A DNA stretch of 64,000 nt, the filler included, from Candidatus Babelota bacterium (GTDB lineage Bacteria; JAGOBX01): NCBI GenBank assembly GCA_017999075.1. It is 7 parts of 7 records of this genome, joined end to end, with 100 filler letters (N's around TTAATTAATTAA, not from the genome) between each part and the next. Parts side by side here need not be neighbours in the genome. Positions count along the whole stretch, not along the records: positions 39,167 to 48,711 come from JAGOBX010000102.1; positions 48,812 to 58,323 come from JAGOBX010000103.1; 5 more parts are not named here. One strand, given 5' to 3'. The position numbers and the translations under genes are program-made. The notes under the pieces were generated by a model. The model was given only the letters and a program-made list of their open reading frames with translations, had not been told where the DNA came from and did not search any database. Position 1 is the stretch's first letter. Every line of letters starts with the position of its first letter. This document shows, in pieces, positions 42,297 through 52,214 of the stretch.

Positions 42297-43688
42297 ATGA
42301 CTGATAAAACATTAAATTTATTAATTGTTGAAGACGATAAAAATATATTAAATATAATAGAAACAGTTTTAAAAAAGTATTACAATGTATTTTCGGCATA
42401 TTGCCTTAAAGACGCGCGTAGAATAATTAATGATAATTATCTTGATATAATTATTCTTGACGTTAACCTGCCTGATGGAAATGGCATATCATTTATTGAC
42501 GAAGCCAAGAAAATATTCGACGATTTAATAATAATAATGGCAACTGCCAACAATAATATCCGCGATGCTATAGAAGCTATGAAAAAAGGTGCTGATGATT
42601 ACCTTGTAAAACCGTATAACCTTGACGAATTGAAAATAATTCTTGAAAAATGTATAGAAACAAAAAACTTAAAAAAACGTGTGGAAATTCTTGAATCGGA
42701 AATTGATTATCTGTCGCCTTACAGACAGATAATAGGTTCGAGTTCAGGATTAAAAAAAGTGTTCGAGAAAATCAAATTGATTTACGATAAAGATGTAACA
42801 GTAATTATACGTGGCAGCAGCGGAACAGGAAAAGAATTGATAGCAAGGGATATACATTTGAATTCAAACAGGAGAAAAAAACCGTTTGTAGCAGTAAACT
42901 GCGCTGCAATACCTGAAACATTAATTGAAAACGAATTGTTTGGTCATTTGAGAGGATCCTATACCGGGGCATATGGATTTCAGCGCGGTAAATTTGAAAT
43001 AGCTGCTGACGGAATTATTTTTCTTGATGAAATAGGTTCATTATCATTAAATTCGCAAGTAAAGATTCTTAGAGTTATTCAGGAAAAAAAGTTTATGAGG
43101 CTTGGAGACAATAAAGAAATAGAAACAGAATCAAGAATTATAGCTGCGACTTCAGTTAATCTTGAAAATGCGGTAAAACGCGGGTTATTCAGAGAAGATT
43201 TATATTACAGATTGAATGTTTTTCCTGTGTTTTTACCTGATTTGAAAGAACGTAAAGAAGATATTCCGGAATTGATAAAATATTTTGTTAAACAATTTAA
43301 TAAAAAATATGATTTGAATATTGAATCAATGGATCAAAGATTGGTTGATGTTATGATTGAGTGTGATTGGAAAGGAAATGTAAGAGAACTTGAAAATACT
43401 GTTGAACAGATGTGTTTGCTGAGCGAATCAACTGTTATAACAGAGGAAATATTGTTGAAAAGCAGACAGTTTGAACAATTGATTTATAAAGAGCAGGAAA
43501 ACAATAACGCTGATGCAATATTGATTTCAGGAGATTTGGATATTGACGGATATTGGAAAAAAATTATAGAATATCATTTAAAGAAAAATAATAATAATAT
43601 TACAAAAACTGCTGAAAAATTGGGGATAACAAGGAAAACTTTAGGGCAAAAAATTAAGGCGTATAAGATAAGTATAAAATTTGAGTGA
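42297..43688 (+). CDS. Sigma54-dependent response regulator (NtrC family)
   Basis: REC domain, GSSGTGKE, GSYTGA, FLDEIG, DLYYRLNV, Fis-type HTH. Confidence 0.93.
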   Translation: MTDKTLNLLIVEDDKNILNIIETVLKKYYNVFSAYCLKDARRIINDNYLDIIILDVNLPDGNGISFIDEAKKIFDDLIIIMATANNNIRDAIEAMKKGADDYLVKPYNLDELKIILEKCIETKNLKKRVEILESEIDYLSPYRQIIGSSSGLKKVFEKIKLIYDKDVTVIIRGSSGTGKELIARDIHLNSNRRKKPFVAVNCAAIPETLIENELFGHLRGSYTGAYGFQRGKFEIAADGIIFLDEIGSLSLNSQVKILRVIQEKKFMRLGDNKEIETESRIIAATSVNLENAVKRGLFREDLYYRLNVFPVFLPDLKERKEDIPELIKYFVKQFNKKYDLNIESMDQRLVDVMIECDWKGNVRELENTVEQMCLLSESTVITEEILLKSRQFEQLIYKEQENNNADAILISGDLDIDGYWKKIIEYHLKKNNNNITKTAEKLGITRKTLGQKIKAYKISIKFE

Positions 43689-43818
43689 GTTTTATATTGA
43701 TGATTAATCCGATAATTTAATTTGTTGTTTTTATTTTAAAAATAAATTTTTGGAACTGTTATACTTTTTATTTATCTAATTAAAATATTATTTAATAAAT
43801 TCGGAGATAGTAATTGTT

Positions 43819-44985
43819 ATGAAAAAAAAAGTTGTGGCTGTAATATTTATTTGCATTTTATTTTATGCTGGATATAAAGCTTATGTAAAACAAAGAAATA
43901 AAGAAAAGGCAAATAATTCAAGTCAGAATTCAGGGCAATCCGGTAAATCCAGGGAAAAAGCTGTTCCTGTAACTGCTGTTAAAATTGATGTGAAAGATAT
44001 TGAACAAAAATTAGTGGTAACAGGAGAACAGGAACCATTGAATAGAGCTGAAATTTCTTCAAAACTTACTGGTACAATAAAGAATATTTCCGGGGCAATA
44101 GGAAAATTTGTATCCAAAAATGATGTTCTGGTAAATCTTGATGATGATGAATACAGGGAATACCTGAAAAGCGCAGAGCTGTCATATTCAATTGTTAAAG
44201 CTGCTGTTGAAAAACAGAAAATTGAAACTGAAAATTTGAAAAATCAGTTTATTCGAACTAAAGAATTATTTAATCATAAATTAACTTCTATGGAATCTCT
44301 TGAATCGGCTGAAACGAAATACAAATCAGCGTCAGCGTCATTGGAATATAATAATGCTCAACTTGATCAGGAAAAAAATAAAATCGATCAGGCAAAATTA
44401 AAATTAAGTTATACGGTTATATCAGCTCCGTTTGACGGATTTATTGAATCAATAAAAAGTGAAGTTGGGACAATTGTATCTCCGGGAAAGACAATTTTGA
44501 CTTTTGTAGATATTTCCAGAATAAAAATAGCTGTTAATATTATGGAGAAATATTACAATGAAATCAAAACAGGACAGACAGTATCTATTTCTGTTTCAAG
44601 CATAAATCAGAATTATAACGGTAAAATCACAAATATTTCTCCAACAGTAGACCCGTCAAGCAAAACGTTTAGAGTAGAAATCACTGTAGATAATTATGGA
44701 TTTAAACTGCGTCCTGGAATGAGCGCGTCTGTAACAATATCTTTAAAAAGTTTTAAAAATGCATACTATACGCATTCTGCGGCAGTATATAAATTGGAGA
44801 ATAAACAGGGAATGTATATTATAAACGATGATAATATTGCAGAATTTGTTGAAATAGAGATAATATCAGTTGAAAACGGGAATGTGGGTTTTATAACCAA
44901 GGAAAAATTGAATGAAAACAGCAGAGCAGTTGAACTTGGAGGACATTTGATAAAATCAGGTGATAAAGTTTCTGTTGATAAATAA
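43819..44985 (+). CDS. RND periplasmic adaptor (MFP)
   Basis: ISAPFDG, ISPTVD, LRPGMSA. Confidence 0.9.
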   Translation: MKKKVVAVIFICILFYAGYKAYVKQRNKEKANNSSQNSGQSGKSREKAVPVTAVKIDVKDIEQKLVVTGEQEPLNRAEISSKLTGTIKNISGAIGKFVSKNDVLVNLDDDEYREYLKSAELSYSIVKAAVEKQKIETENLKNQFIRTKELFNHKLTSMESLESAETKYKSASASLEYNNAQLDQEKNKIDQAKLKLSYTVISAPFDGFIESIKSEVGTIVSPGKTILTFVDISRIKIAVNIMEKYYNEIKTGQTVSISVSSINQNYNGKITNISPTVDPSSKTFRVEITVDNYGFKLRPGMSASVTISLKSFKNAYYTHSAAVYKLENKQGMYIINDDNIAEFVEIEIISVENGNVGFITKEKLNENSRAVELGGHLIKSGDKVSVDK

Positions 44986-45087
44986 ATTCGATCCGAGCTG
45001 CGTAAGAAGATTGTATATGTTGAAATACACCTGACGCAGAACAGGAATAAAAAAATAACTTAGTAAAAATATTGGAATATAAAAATT

Positions 45088-48000
45088 ATGAAGATAATAG
45101 AATTTTCTGTAAAACGTCCTGTAACAATAACAATGGCAACATTGATATTGATTCTGCTCGGAGTTATTTCTTATTTAAGAATACCTATTGATTTAATGCC
45201 TGATGTGTCATATCCGTCATTATCAGTTAGAACGACATATTCAAATGTTGCAGCTGAAGAAATTGAAAATACCATAACTAAACCTATAGAAGAAGCTCTT
45301 GCTGCTATAGCCGATGTAGAACATATTAGTTCAACTTCAAGCGAAGGCAGCAGCAGAGTTACGCTTAATTTCAGTTGGGGAAAAGATATGGAAAGCGCTG
45401 CCGCAGATGTGCGGGAACGAATTGATAGAGTTCGTTCACAGCTTCCGGACGATGCTGACGCGCCTGTATTGTTTAAATTTGATTTATCATCTTTTCCTGT
45501 GATGTTTCTCGGTGTAGAAAGCAATATGAATGTTAATGATTTGCAGGAATATCTTGAAAATAAAGTGCAATACAGGATTGAACGTATTCCGGGAGTTGCG
45601 TCTATAGACATACGCGGAGGTTATCAGAAAGAAATTCAGATTTTTCTTGATAAATCAAAGATCGAACAATTGAATATACCGTTATCTAAAATTGTTTCTG
45701 TATTGAAATTAAATAATGTTAATCAGCCTGCAGGTTCGATAAAAGAAGGAAGATATGACATAATTTTAAGATCTACAGGTCAATTTACCGGCGCTGAAGA
45801 TATTAAAAACCGTGTAATAACCGTTATTAATGGTTTGCCTGTTTATGTGAAAGATATTGCAAATGTTGATTTTACAATAGAAAAAATGAGACAAATAACT
45901 TATGTGAACGGGAAACCTGGAGTAAGAGTATCTGTTTCAAAACAATCTGGCGCCAATACAGTGGAAGTTGCTGAAGCTGTTAATGAAGAAATAAAAAAAA
46001 TAAATGAAGAAATGCCGTTTTTAAAAATCTTTCCTTTAATCGATACATCAAAATATATTAAGGATTCTATTAATTCTGTAAAAAGTTCTTCGATATACGG
46101 AGCGATACTTGCAATATTTGTTTTGCTTGTTTTTTTAAGAAATTTCAGATCAACAATAATAATTTCAATATCTATTCCTGTTTCCATCATATCGACTTTT
46201 ATTCTTATTTATAACGGCGGATTTACTTTGAACATAATGAGTTTTGGAGGATTAGCTCTCGGAATCGGAATGCTGCTTGATAATTCTATAGTAGTTCTTG
46301 AAAATACTTTTCGCCATATAACAGAAGAAAAACTTGATAAAAAAACAGGAGCAATCGTCGGAGCTACTGAAGTTGGTTCTGCGATTTTATCATCAACATT
46401 GACTACAATAGTTGTTTTTCTTCCTATGATATTCATAACCGGCATGTCAGGAATTATGTTTAAGCAGATAGCTTATGTAGTGACTTTTTCATTGATATGT
46501 TCTTTAATTGTTGCTTTTACTATAGTTCCCATGCTGTCATCGAAATATCTTACTGTGTATGTTGAAGAAAACGGTTCTTCTCAAAAAAAATCATTGGCTG
46601 CAAGATTTTTTTGGTTTACAGAAAGGATATTCCACTATATAGATTACGAATATGGAAATCTCCTTAAATGGGCTTTAAACCATAAAAAATATGTAATAGT
46701 TTTTTGTTTTGCTATGCTTGTTTTTACATTGTTTTTAATTAAAGGGATAGGGACGGAATTTATGCCTTCTTCAGATGAAGGGGAACTGAGAATTTCTGTT
46801 GAAGCAAATGTAGGGACAAAGATAGAAGTTATGAAAGAAAGAATGGAATTGATAGATGAAATTGTGAAGAAAGAAATTAAAGAGCTTGATAATACCACTT
46901 CATCGATAGGAAGCGGAGGAGGTCCTGGAAGCAGTGAAAGCGGGCATTCTGGAAATATGAGAATCAAACTTGTGGATAAAAAATTCCGCAAACGCAGCAG
47001 TGAGCAAATTGCATTGGCTATAAACAAAAAACTTTCTAAAGTAGAAGGAGTTAAATGCAGAGTAAGAACAAGTTCAGGATTATGGATAATGAGGAGAATG
47101 TCTGGCGGAGATGATAAATTGTCAATAGAAATTAGAGGACATAATCTTGATACAGGAAAAGAATTAGCGGATAAAATGTCAAAACTTATGGAAAAAGTTG
47201 ATGGTATTACTGACGTTAGAGTAAGCAGAGAGTCGGGAAGACCTGAAAAATTAATAGTTATAGATTATGAAAAAACTGCTAAACTCGGATTGAACCCGTC
47301 TGATATAAATGATTTTATTGATATTGGATTAGGCGGAAAAACAGCTACATATTTCAGAACTGAAGGTAAAGAATACAGAATTTTAGTTCAGTTTGCTGAT
47401 GCAGAATATTTTACTGAAAAAGAAATTTTAAACACATTGATACCTTTGCCTGACGGAAATAAAACTCCTTTAGGAAATATTATAAAAATTGAAGAAAAAG
47501 AAAGTCCGTTATCCATAGAACGCATTGATCAGGAACGAGTAATAACAGTAAGTGCAAATTATCAGTTCAGAGATTTGGGAAGTATTGTGAAGGATGTTCA
47601 GAAAATAATTAATGGTATTCCGACTCCAAAAGATTTTAATATAGTGATTGGCGGTGAATATGAAGAACAGCAGAAAGCATTTAAAGAAATGCTGTTCGTA
47701 TTTGCTTTAGCTTTAATACTTGTTTATATGGTAATGGCTGCTCAGTTTGAATCATTACTTGATCCGTTTATAGTTCTTTTTTCAGTGCCGTTATCAGTTA
47801 TCGGAGTAATTTTAATGCTTGTGTTAACAGATACTTTATTTAATATACAAGGATTTATAGGCGCGATTATGCTTGCAGGCATAGTAGTTAATAATGCTAT
47901 TATACTTGTTGATTATACAAATATTTTAATACGTGAACACAATATGAAATTGTATGATGCTGTAATTCTTGCAGGAAGAAGACGGCTTCGTCCTATACTT

Positions 48001-48204
48001 ATGACTTCGTTAACTACAATATTAGGATTGCTGCCTCTTGCAGTAGGCATAGGAGAAGGAACTGAAATGCAGACTCCTCTTGCGCGTACTGTATGCGGCG
48101 GACTAATGTCATCAACCTTAATAACGCTTATATTGATACCTGTAATTTATGTTTTGTTCAACAAAAATATTAATAAGAAAAATTTGCCTGAAAAAATAAG
48201 TTGA
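45088..48204 (+). CDS. RND efflux permease (AcrB family)
   Basis: SVKRPV, GMLLDNSIVVLEN, RLRPILMT. Confidence 0.95.
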   Translation: MKIIEFSVKRPVTITMATLILILLGVISYLRIPIDLMPDVSYPSLSVRTTYSNVAAEEIENTITKPIEEALAAIADVEHISSTSSEGSSRVTLNFSWGKDMESAAADVRERIDRVRSQLPDDADAPVLFKFDLSSFPVMFLGVESNMNVNDLQEYLENKVQYRIERIPGVASIDIRGGYQKEIQIFLDKSKIEQLNIPLSKIVSVLKLNNVNQPAGSIKEGRYDIILRSTGQFTGAEDIKNRVITVINGLPVYVKDIANVDFTIEKMRQITYVNGKPGVRVSVSKQSGANTVEVAEAVNEEIKKINEEMPFLKIFPLIDTSKYIKDSINSVKSSSIYGAILAIFVLLVFLRNFRSTIIISISIPVSIISTFILIYNGGFTLNIMSFGGLALGIGMLLDNSIVVLENTFRHITEEKLDKKTGAIVGATEVGSAILSSTLTTIVVFLPMIFITGMSGIMFKQIAYVVTFSLICSLIVAFTIVPMLSSKYLTVYVEENGSSQKKSLAARFFWFTERIFHYIDYEYGNLLKWALNHKKYVIVFCFAMLVFTLFLIKGIGTEFMPSSDEGELRISVEANVGTKIEVMKERMELIDEIVKKEIKELDNTTSSIGSGGGPGSSESGHSGNMRIKLVDKKFRKRSSEQIALAINKKLSKVEGVKCRVRTSSGLWIMRRMSGGDDKLSIEIRGHNLDTGKELADKMSKLMEKVDGITDVRVSRESGRPEKLIVIDYEKTAKLGLNPSDINDFIDIGLGGKTATYFRTEGKEYRILVQFADAEYFTEKEILNTLIPLPDGNKTPLGNIIKIEEKESPLSIERIDQERVITVSANYQFRDLGSIVKDVQKIINGIPTPKDFNIVIGGEYEEQQKAFKEMLFVFALALILVYMVMAAQFESLLDPFIVLFSVPLSVIGVILMLVLTDTLFNIQGFIGAIMLAGIVVNNAIILVDYTNILIREHNMKLYDAVILAGRRRLRPILMTSLTTILGLLPLAVGIGEGTEMQTPLARTVCGGLMSSTLITLILIPVIYVLFNKNINKKNLPEKIS

Positions 48205-48234
48205 TATATTTTAGAAATTAAGTTATTCGTTTTT

Positions 48235-48711
48235 TTAAAGACAGGATTTTTTTGATTTTTTACAAGTTGTGATAGTTATTGCATTTTGAGGACATGTTTC
48301 AATACATGTTCCGCAAAGAAAACAATCCGGTTTTATTTTTTTTTCAGAAACAATGTATTTCATAACAGAAGAAGGGCAGGATTTAATGCATTTTCTGCAT
48401 GATATGCATTTTTCTTTGTCAATTCTTATTTTGTAAATTGAAAATTGTTCAGCCAGCCAGCTTACAAACCCGAACGGACAAAAAAAGTGGCACCACGGCC
48501 TATAAGAAAATAATGATAAAATTAATATAAACACGATGATCAAAATTGAAAGGTTTGTAATTAGAATTGGATTGAATATTAAAAATGGGTTTGTAGAAGA
48601 TATAACATCCAAATCTTTAAAAAATATCAAAAAAATGATTGAAATGAAAAATAGTATCCGGACAGAATTTGAAAAATTAAAAGATAGTTTTATTTGTTTG
48701 GAAACTATAGG
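48235..48711 (-). CDS. 4Fe-4S binding membrane protein (NapH/YccM-like), 5' truncated
   Basis: RPWCHFFCPFG and two CxxCxxCxxxCP motifs. Confidence 0.85.
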   Translation of the reverse strand, partial: PIVSKQIKLSFNFSNSVRILFFISIIFLIFFKDLDVISSTNPFLIFNPILITNLSILIIVFILILSLFSYRPWCHFFCPFGFVSWLAEQFSIYKIRIDKEKCISCRKCIKSCPSSVMKYIVSEKKIKPDCFLCGTCIETCPQNAITITTCKKSKKSCL

Positions 48712-48811
48712 NNNNNNNNNNNNNNNNNNNNNNNNNNNNNNNNNNNNNNNNNNNNTTAATTAATTAANNNNNNNNNNNNNNNNNNNNNNNNNNNNNNNNN
48801 NNNNNNNNNNN
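48712..48811. other. Artificial contig linker
   Basis: N-run, TTAATTAATTAA, N-run. Confidence 0.98.
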
Positions 48812-48916
48812 TATAAAAGGTATTGTAGAACCTTCTTTAAGCAAACTTATAATATTCTCCACTGATTTTAAATTTATATCAATGTCTTTTGAAATAACAC
48901 TGGCTATTGTTATCAT
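48812..48916 (-). CDS. tex: Tex family protein, N-terminal fragment
   Basis: MITIASVISKDIDINLKSVENIISLLKEGSTIPFI. Confidence 0.75.
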
Positions 48917-49010
48917 ATATTTTTCCCTTTATTTTTTATTATCAAATAAAATATGTGAAATTATGAAATATAAGTTTTTTCAGTATTTTATTATTTCCAA
49001 GCAGATTTTG

Positions 49011-50213
49011 TCATACTATTTTTTTGTATAAAGGTATGTTTAAAGTTATATGAACTCCTTTTACATTCTTTACTTTAAATCTTATATTTCCATTAACTTT
49101 TTCAAGCAAATTTTTAACGTTTTTAAAACCTCTTCCCCTCTTAGCTTTTACTTGAGCCGTATAATTAAGCATCACAAGTATATTAAAAAACAATTCATTT
49201 ATATTAGAAATTTCCGAGTCGTCTATAATTCCTTTCTGTTTTGCGGTTTTGATCAAAGAATCATAATCAAAACCTTTCCCGTTATCAGAAATTTCTATAC
49301 TTGTATAATTTCCGTTTTCAAAAAACTTAACCGTAATTTCAGATTTAACCGAATCAGAATCAGAAAAACCGTGTTCAATAGAATTTTTCAATAATTCAAT
49401 TAAAATATTATATACGGTTTCAATATAAAACACATCCATTTTCACGTTATTTCCGATATAATTTATTTTAACAGTTTTATTCTGAGACATTGCAAACGTT
49501 CTGGTTTCATATTCCAAATCTTCAAGCATCTGTTTTATTTCAAGTTTTCTGAAAGAAAAATATTCTTTCTGCAAATTTACTAAATTCGATACAAACGCTT
49601 TCTCTATATTTTTAAAATTCTGGTACCATTCTTTTTTTAAATATCTGTCCGGTATATTATCTTTGATTTCTTTGGTCATTTGAGAAAAATTTGTATATAT
49701 ATCATAAATAGATTCTTTAAGATTTTGCAAATCTGAAGATGTTATTGGCACAATTTTTTCTTCTTCTTTTCCAGATTCATTTTTTTTCCTGGCAAGATAT
49801 GCAAATTCCAATGTATTATCTGCAATTTTATTAAGTTCTTCAACTTCATTTTTAAATGAAGATGAAAGTGACCCGTTATTTTTAGACCAGTCCCCAATCT
49901 TTAAAAATATTTTTTCAGTTAATTTAACTATTTCCGGATTAATTTTTATTGTTTTCAGACTTAATGGTCTATAAAGTTTTACAATAAGCTCAGCCAGTTT
50001 TGTCAATTCTCCAAACTGATATATTTCCGAAGTATAAGCAAGATTATCTCCGAATTCAAGTATATCTTCAATGACATTAAAATGATCAAAATGATTATGC
50101 AATTCTTTTATGGCATCATTAAATGATTCAATATGATTTTTTATTCCTGAAATAAACAATCCTTTTATTTTTGCTATATCAGAATTATTTAATTGTACAT
50201 CCGGTTTTGTCAT
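49011..50213 (-). CDS. Degenerate CheA-like protein (Hpt-like domain plus HATPase)
   Basis: ELLKNSIEHG, ISDNGKGFD, GRGFKNVK; no CheW domain. Confidence 0.7.
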   Translation of the reverse strand: MTKPDVQLNNSDIAKIKGLFISGIKNHIESFNDAIKELHNHFDHFNVIEDILEFGDNLAYTSEIYQFGELTKLAELIVKLYRPLSLKTIKINPEIVKLTEKIFLKIGDWSKNNGSLSSSFKNEVEELNKIADNTLEFAYLARKKNESGKEEEKIVPITSSDLQNLKESIYDIYTNFSQMTKEIKDNIPDRYLKKEWYQNFKNIEKAFVSNLVNLQKEYFSFRKLEIKQMLEDLEYETRTFAMSQNKTVKINYIGNNVKMDVFYIETVYNILIELLKNSIEHGFSDSDSVKSEITVKFFENGNYTSIEISDNGKGFDYDSLIKTAKQKGIIDDSEISNINELFFNILVMLNYTAQVKAKRGRGFKNVKNLLEKVNGNIRFKVKNVKGVHITLNIPLYKKIV

Positions 50214-50275
50214 TTTTGCAACTCAATATATAAATTTTCTAATAAATGGCAAAATAGCCATTTGTAAACAGTCCT

Positions 50276-51238
50276 TTACGGTACCTCTATATTGTCAAGC
50301 AGCTTTTTTATTACATCGTCAGGAGAAATATTTTCTGCTTCTGCTTCATATGTTAAAATAATTCTATGCCTCATAACATCTCCGCATAAAGATTTTACAT
50401 CTTCAGGAATAACAAAATTTCTGTTTGACATATAAGCCATAGTTTTCGATAAAAAAGCTAACGATATACTTGCCCTTGGCGATACTCCGAATTCAATAAT
50501 GCGTTTAAATTCTTTTAATCCGTAATTTTCAGGATTCCTTGTTGCATCAGCAATATTAACAATATATTCGTCTATTTTCGGATCCGTATAAACTTTTGAA
50601 ATATTTTGTTTTATTTCATTTATTTTACCAATATCAAAAATTTTTGATATTGAAGCAGAGTCATCTCCCCTCATTATTCTTAAAATATGTTTTTCCTCAT
50701 CTTTGTTAGGATAATTGATTTTCAGTTTCATTATAAATCTGTCTATCTGAGCTTCTGGGAGCGGATACGTCCCTTCCTGTTCAATAGGGTTTTGGGTAGC
50801 AAGCACTAAAAAAGGATCCGGCAAAGAATAAGTTTCTTTTCCAATTGTAACCTGTTTTTCCTGCATAGCTTCCAAAAGGGCAGACTGAACTTTTGCCGGA
50901 GCCCTATTAATTTCATCCGCAAGAATTATATTGGCAAAAATAGGTCCTTTATTAACAACAAATTCTGTATCCCTCTGATTATAAACAAGGGTTCCTATTA
51001 AATCTGCAGGCAGCAAATCAGGAGTAAACTGAATTCTCTGAAATTTCGCGCCTATACATTCTGATATGGTTTTTACTATAGCAGTTTTTGCAAGTCCAGG
51101 CACGCCTTCAATCAAAATATGACCGGAACTCAACATTCCTGCTATTATTCGCGATATAATATAATCCTGCCCTGCTATTTTTTTTTTAATTTCAGTATAA
51201 ATTTCTGTAAAAAATGATTCAGGCTGTTCCATAATCAA
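50276..51238 (-). CDS. moxR: MoxR-family AAA+ ATPase
   Basis: EGVPGLAKT, RIQFTPDLLPAD, LADEINRA, ATQNPIE. Confidence 0.93.
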   Translation of the reverse strand: MIMEQPESFFTEIYTEIKKKIAGQDYIISRIIAGMLSSGHILIEGVPGLAKTAIVKTISECIGAKFQRIQFTPDLLPADLIGTLVYNQRDTEFVVNKGPIFANIILADEINRAPAKVQSALLEAMQEKQVTIGKETYSLPDPFLVLATQNPIEQEGTYPLPEAQIDRFIMKLKINYPNKDEEKHILRIMRGDDSASISKIFDIGKINEIKQNISKVYTDPKIDEYIVNIADATRNPENYGLKEFKRIIEFGVSPRASISLAFLSKTMAYMSNRNFVIPEDVKSLCGDVMRHRIILTYEAEAENISPDDVIKKLLDNIEVP

Positions 51239-52131
51239 TAAGGAATCCGTTTAGACGGTTCAAATGTGCTTACAGCTTTTTTAGTCAAATAATTTTTATA
51301 ACTTTTAATATTTCTATCCTGTAAATGATCGAACAGCATAGGGCTGTTTGAACCGTATGTTATTTTTTTTATCGGATCAGGATCCAATTCTGCAAATATA
51401 ATTTCTTCTGCACCCCGTCCAAGAGCAAGTTTCTGAGCAATTGGAGACACAATCATACTATGTCCGAAATAATAACATTTCGACGCATCCTGTCCAACAG
51501 CGTTTACAGATACCATATATACATGATTATCATATGCTCTTGCCATATTGGTCATTTCCCAAATTTCATAACTTCTCAATAAAGCTGAAGGACGCGCTAT
51601 TACGCTCGCTCCTTTTATTGCAAGTATCCTCGACAATTCAGGAAAATCTCCATCATAACAAATTATCATTCCAATTTTTCCAAATGCTGTATCAAAAACA
51701 GGTATATCGTATCCTTGAGTTGTCCATCCGCCTCCAGACAAACGTTCCAGAGGAAACGGATGAGTTTTGCTGTAAACTCCTATAACCCCTTCTTTCGGTC
51801 CTATAATAAAAGCGCTATTATATATAATATTTTTTTTAGGTCCCCTCTGATACGTCGGAACAACGCAATAAGATTTGGTCTTTGAAGACATTGTTACAAA
51901 ATGAGAAAGTACATCATTTATATTTTTTGGAAGAAGACTATAAAATTGATCAACCGGCATTCCAGGATTAAATCCTGTAGTAATCGTTTCAGGAAACACT
52001 ATTAAATCAGGTTTTACTTCTTTAACCGCTTTATTATACCATTCCATACATTTTTCAATATTTTTAGGTATATTATTAGGTTCAACAGAAATCTGAATAC
52101 CAGCCGCAACTATTTTTTTCATAGTATCCAA
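51235..52131 (-). CDS. Carbon-nitrogen hydrolase (nitrilase superfamily)
   Basis: E-K-C triad: VFPE, YSKTHP, ICYD. Confidence 0.9.
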   Translation of the reverse strand: MDTMKKIVAAGIQISVEPNNIPKNIEKCMEWYNKAVKEVKPDLIVFPETITTGFNPGMPVDQFYSLLPKNINDVLSHFVTMSSKTKSYCVVPTYQRGPKKNIIYNSAFIIGPKEGVIGVYSKTHPFPLERLSGGGWTTQGYDIPVFDTAFGKIGMIICYDGDFPELSRILAIKGASVIARPSALLRSYEIWEMTNMARAYDNHVYMVSVNAVGQDASKCYYFGHSMIVSPIAQKLALGRGAEEIIFAELDPDPIKKITYGSNSPMLFDHLQDRNIKSYKNYLTKKAVSTFEPSKRIPY

Positions 52132-52214
52132 CCTCTCAAATTTGATTTTCTAAAATATAATTCGGGATTATACTTTATGGATTCGCCGCTACATTTCAAA
52201 AATACATTTCAAAA

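Noticed and set aside
42297-43688. GSYTGA instead of GAFTGA as a sigma54-independent activator
   Set aside because: Conservative variant that keeps the aromatic-TGA core.
43745-43770. Sigma54 promoter upstream of the MFP gene
   Set aside because: TGGAAC is present but there is no TTGC at the -12 position.
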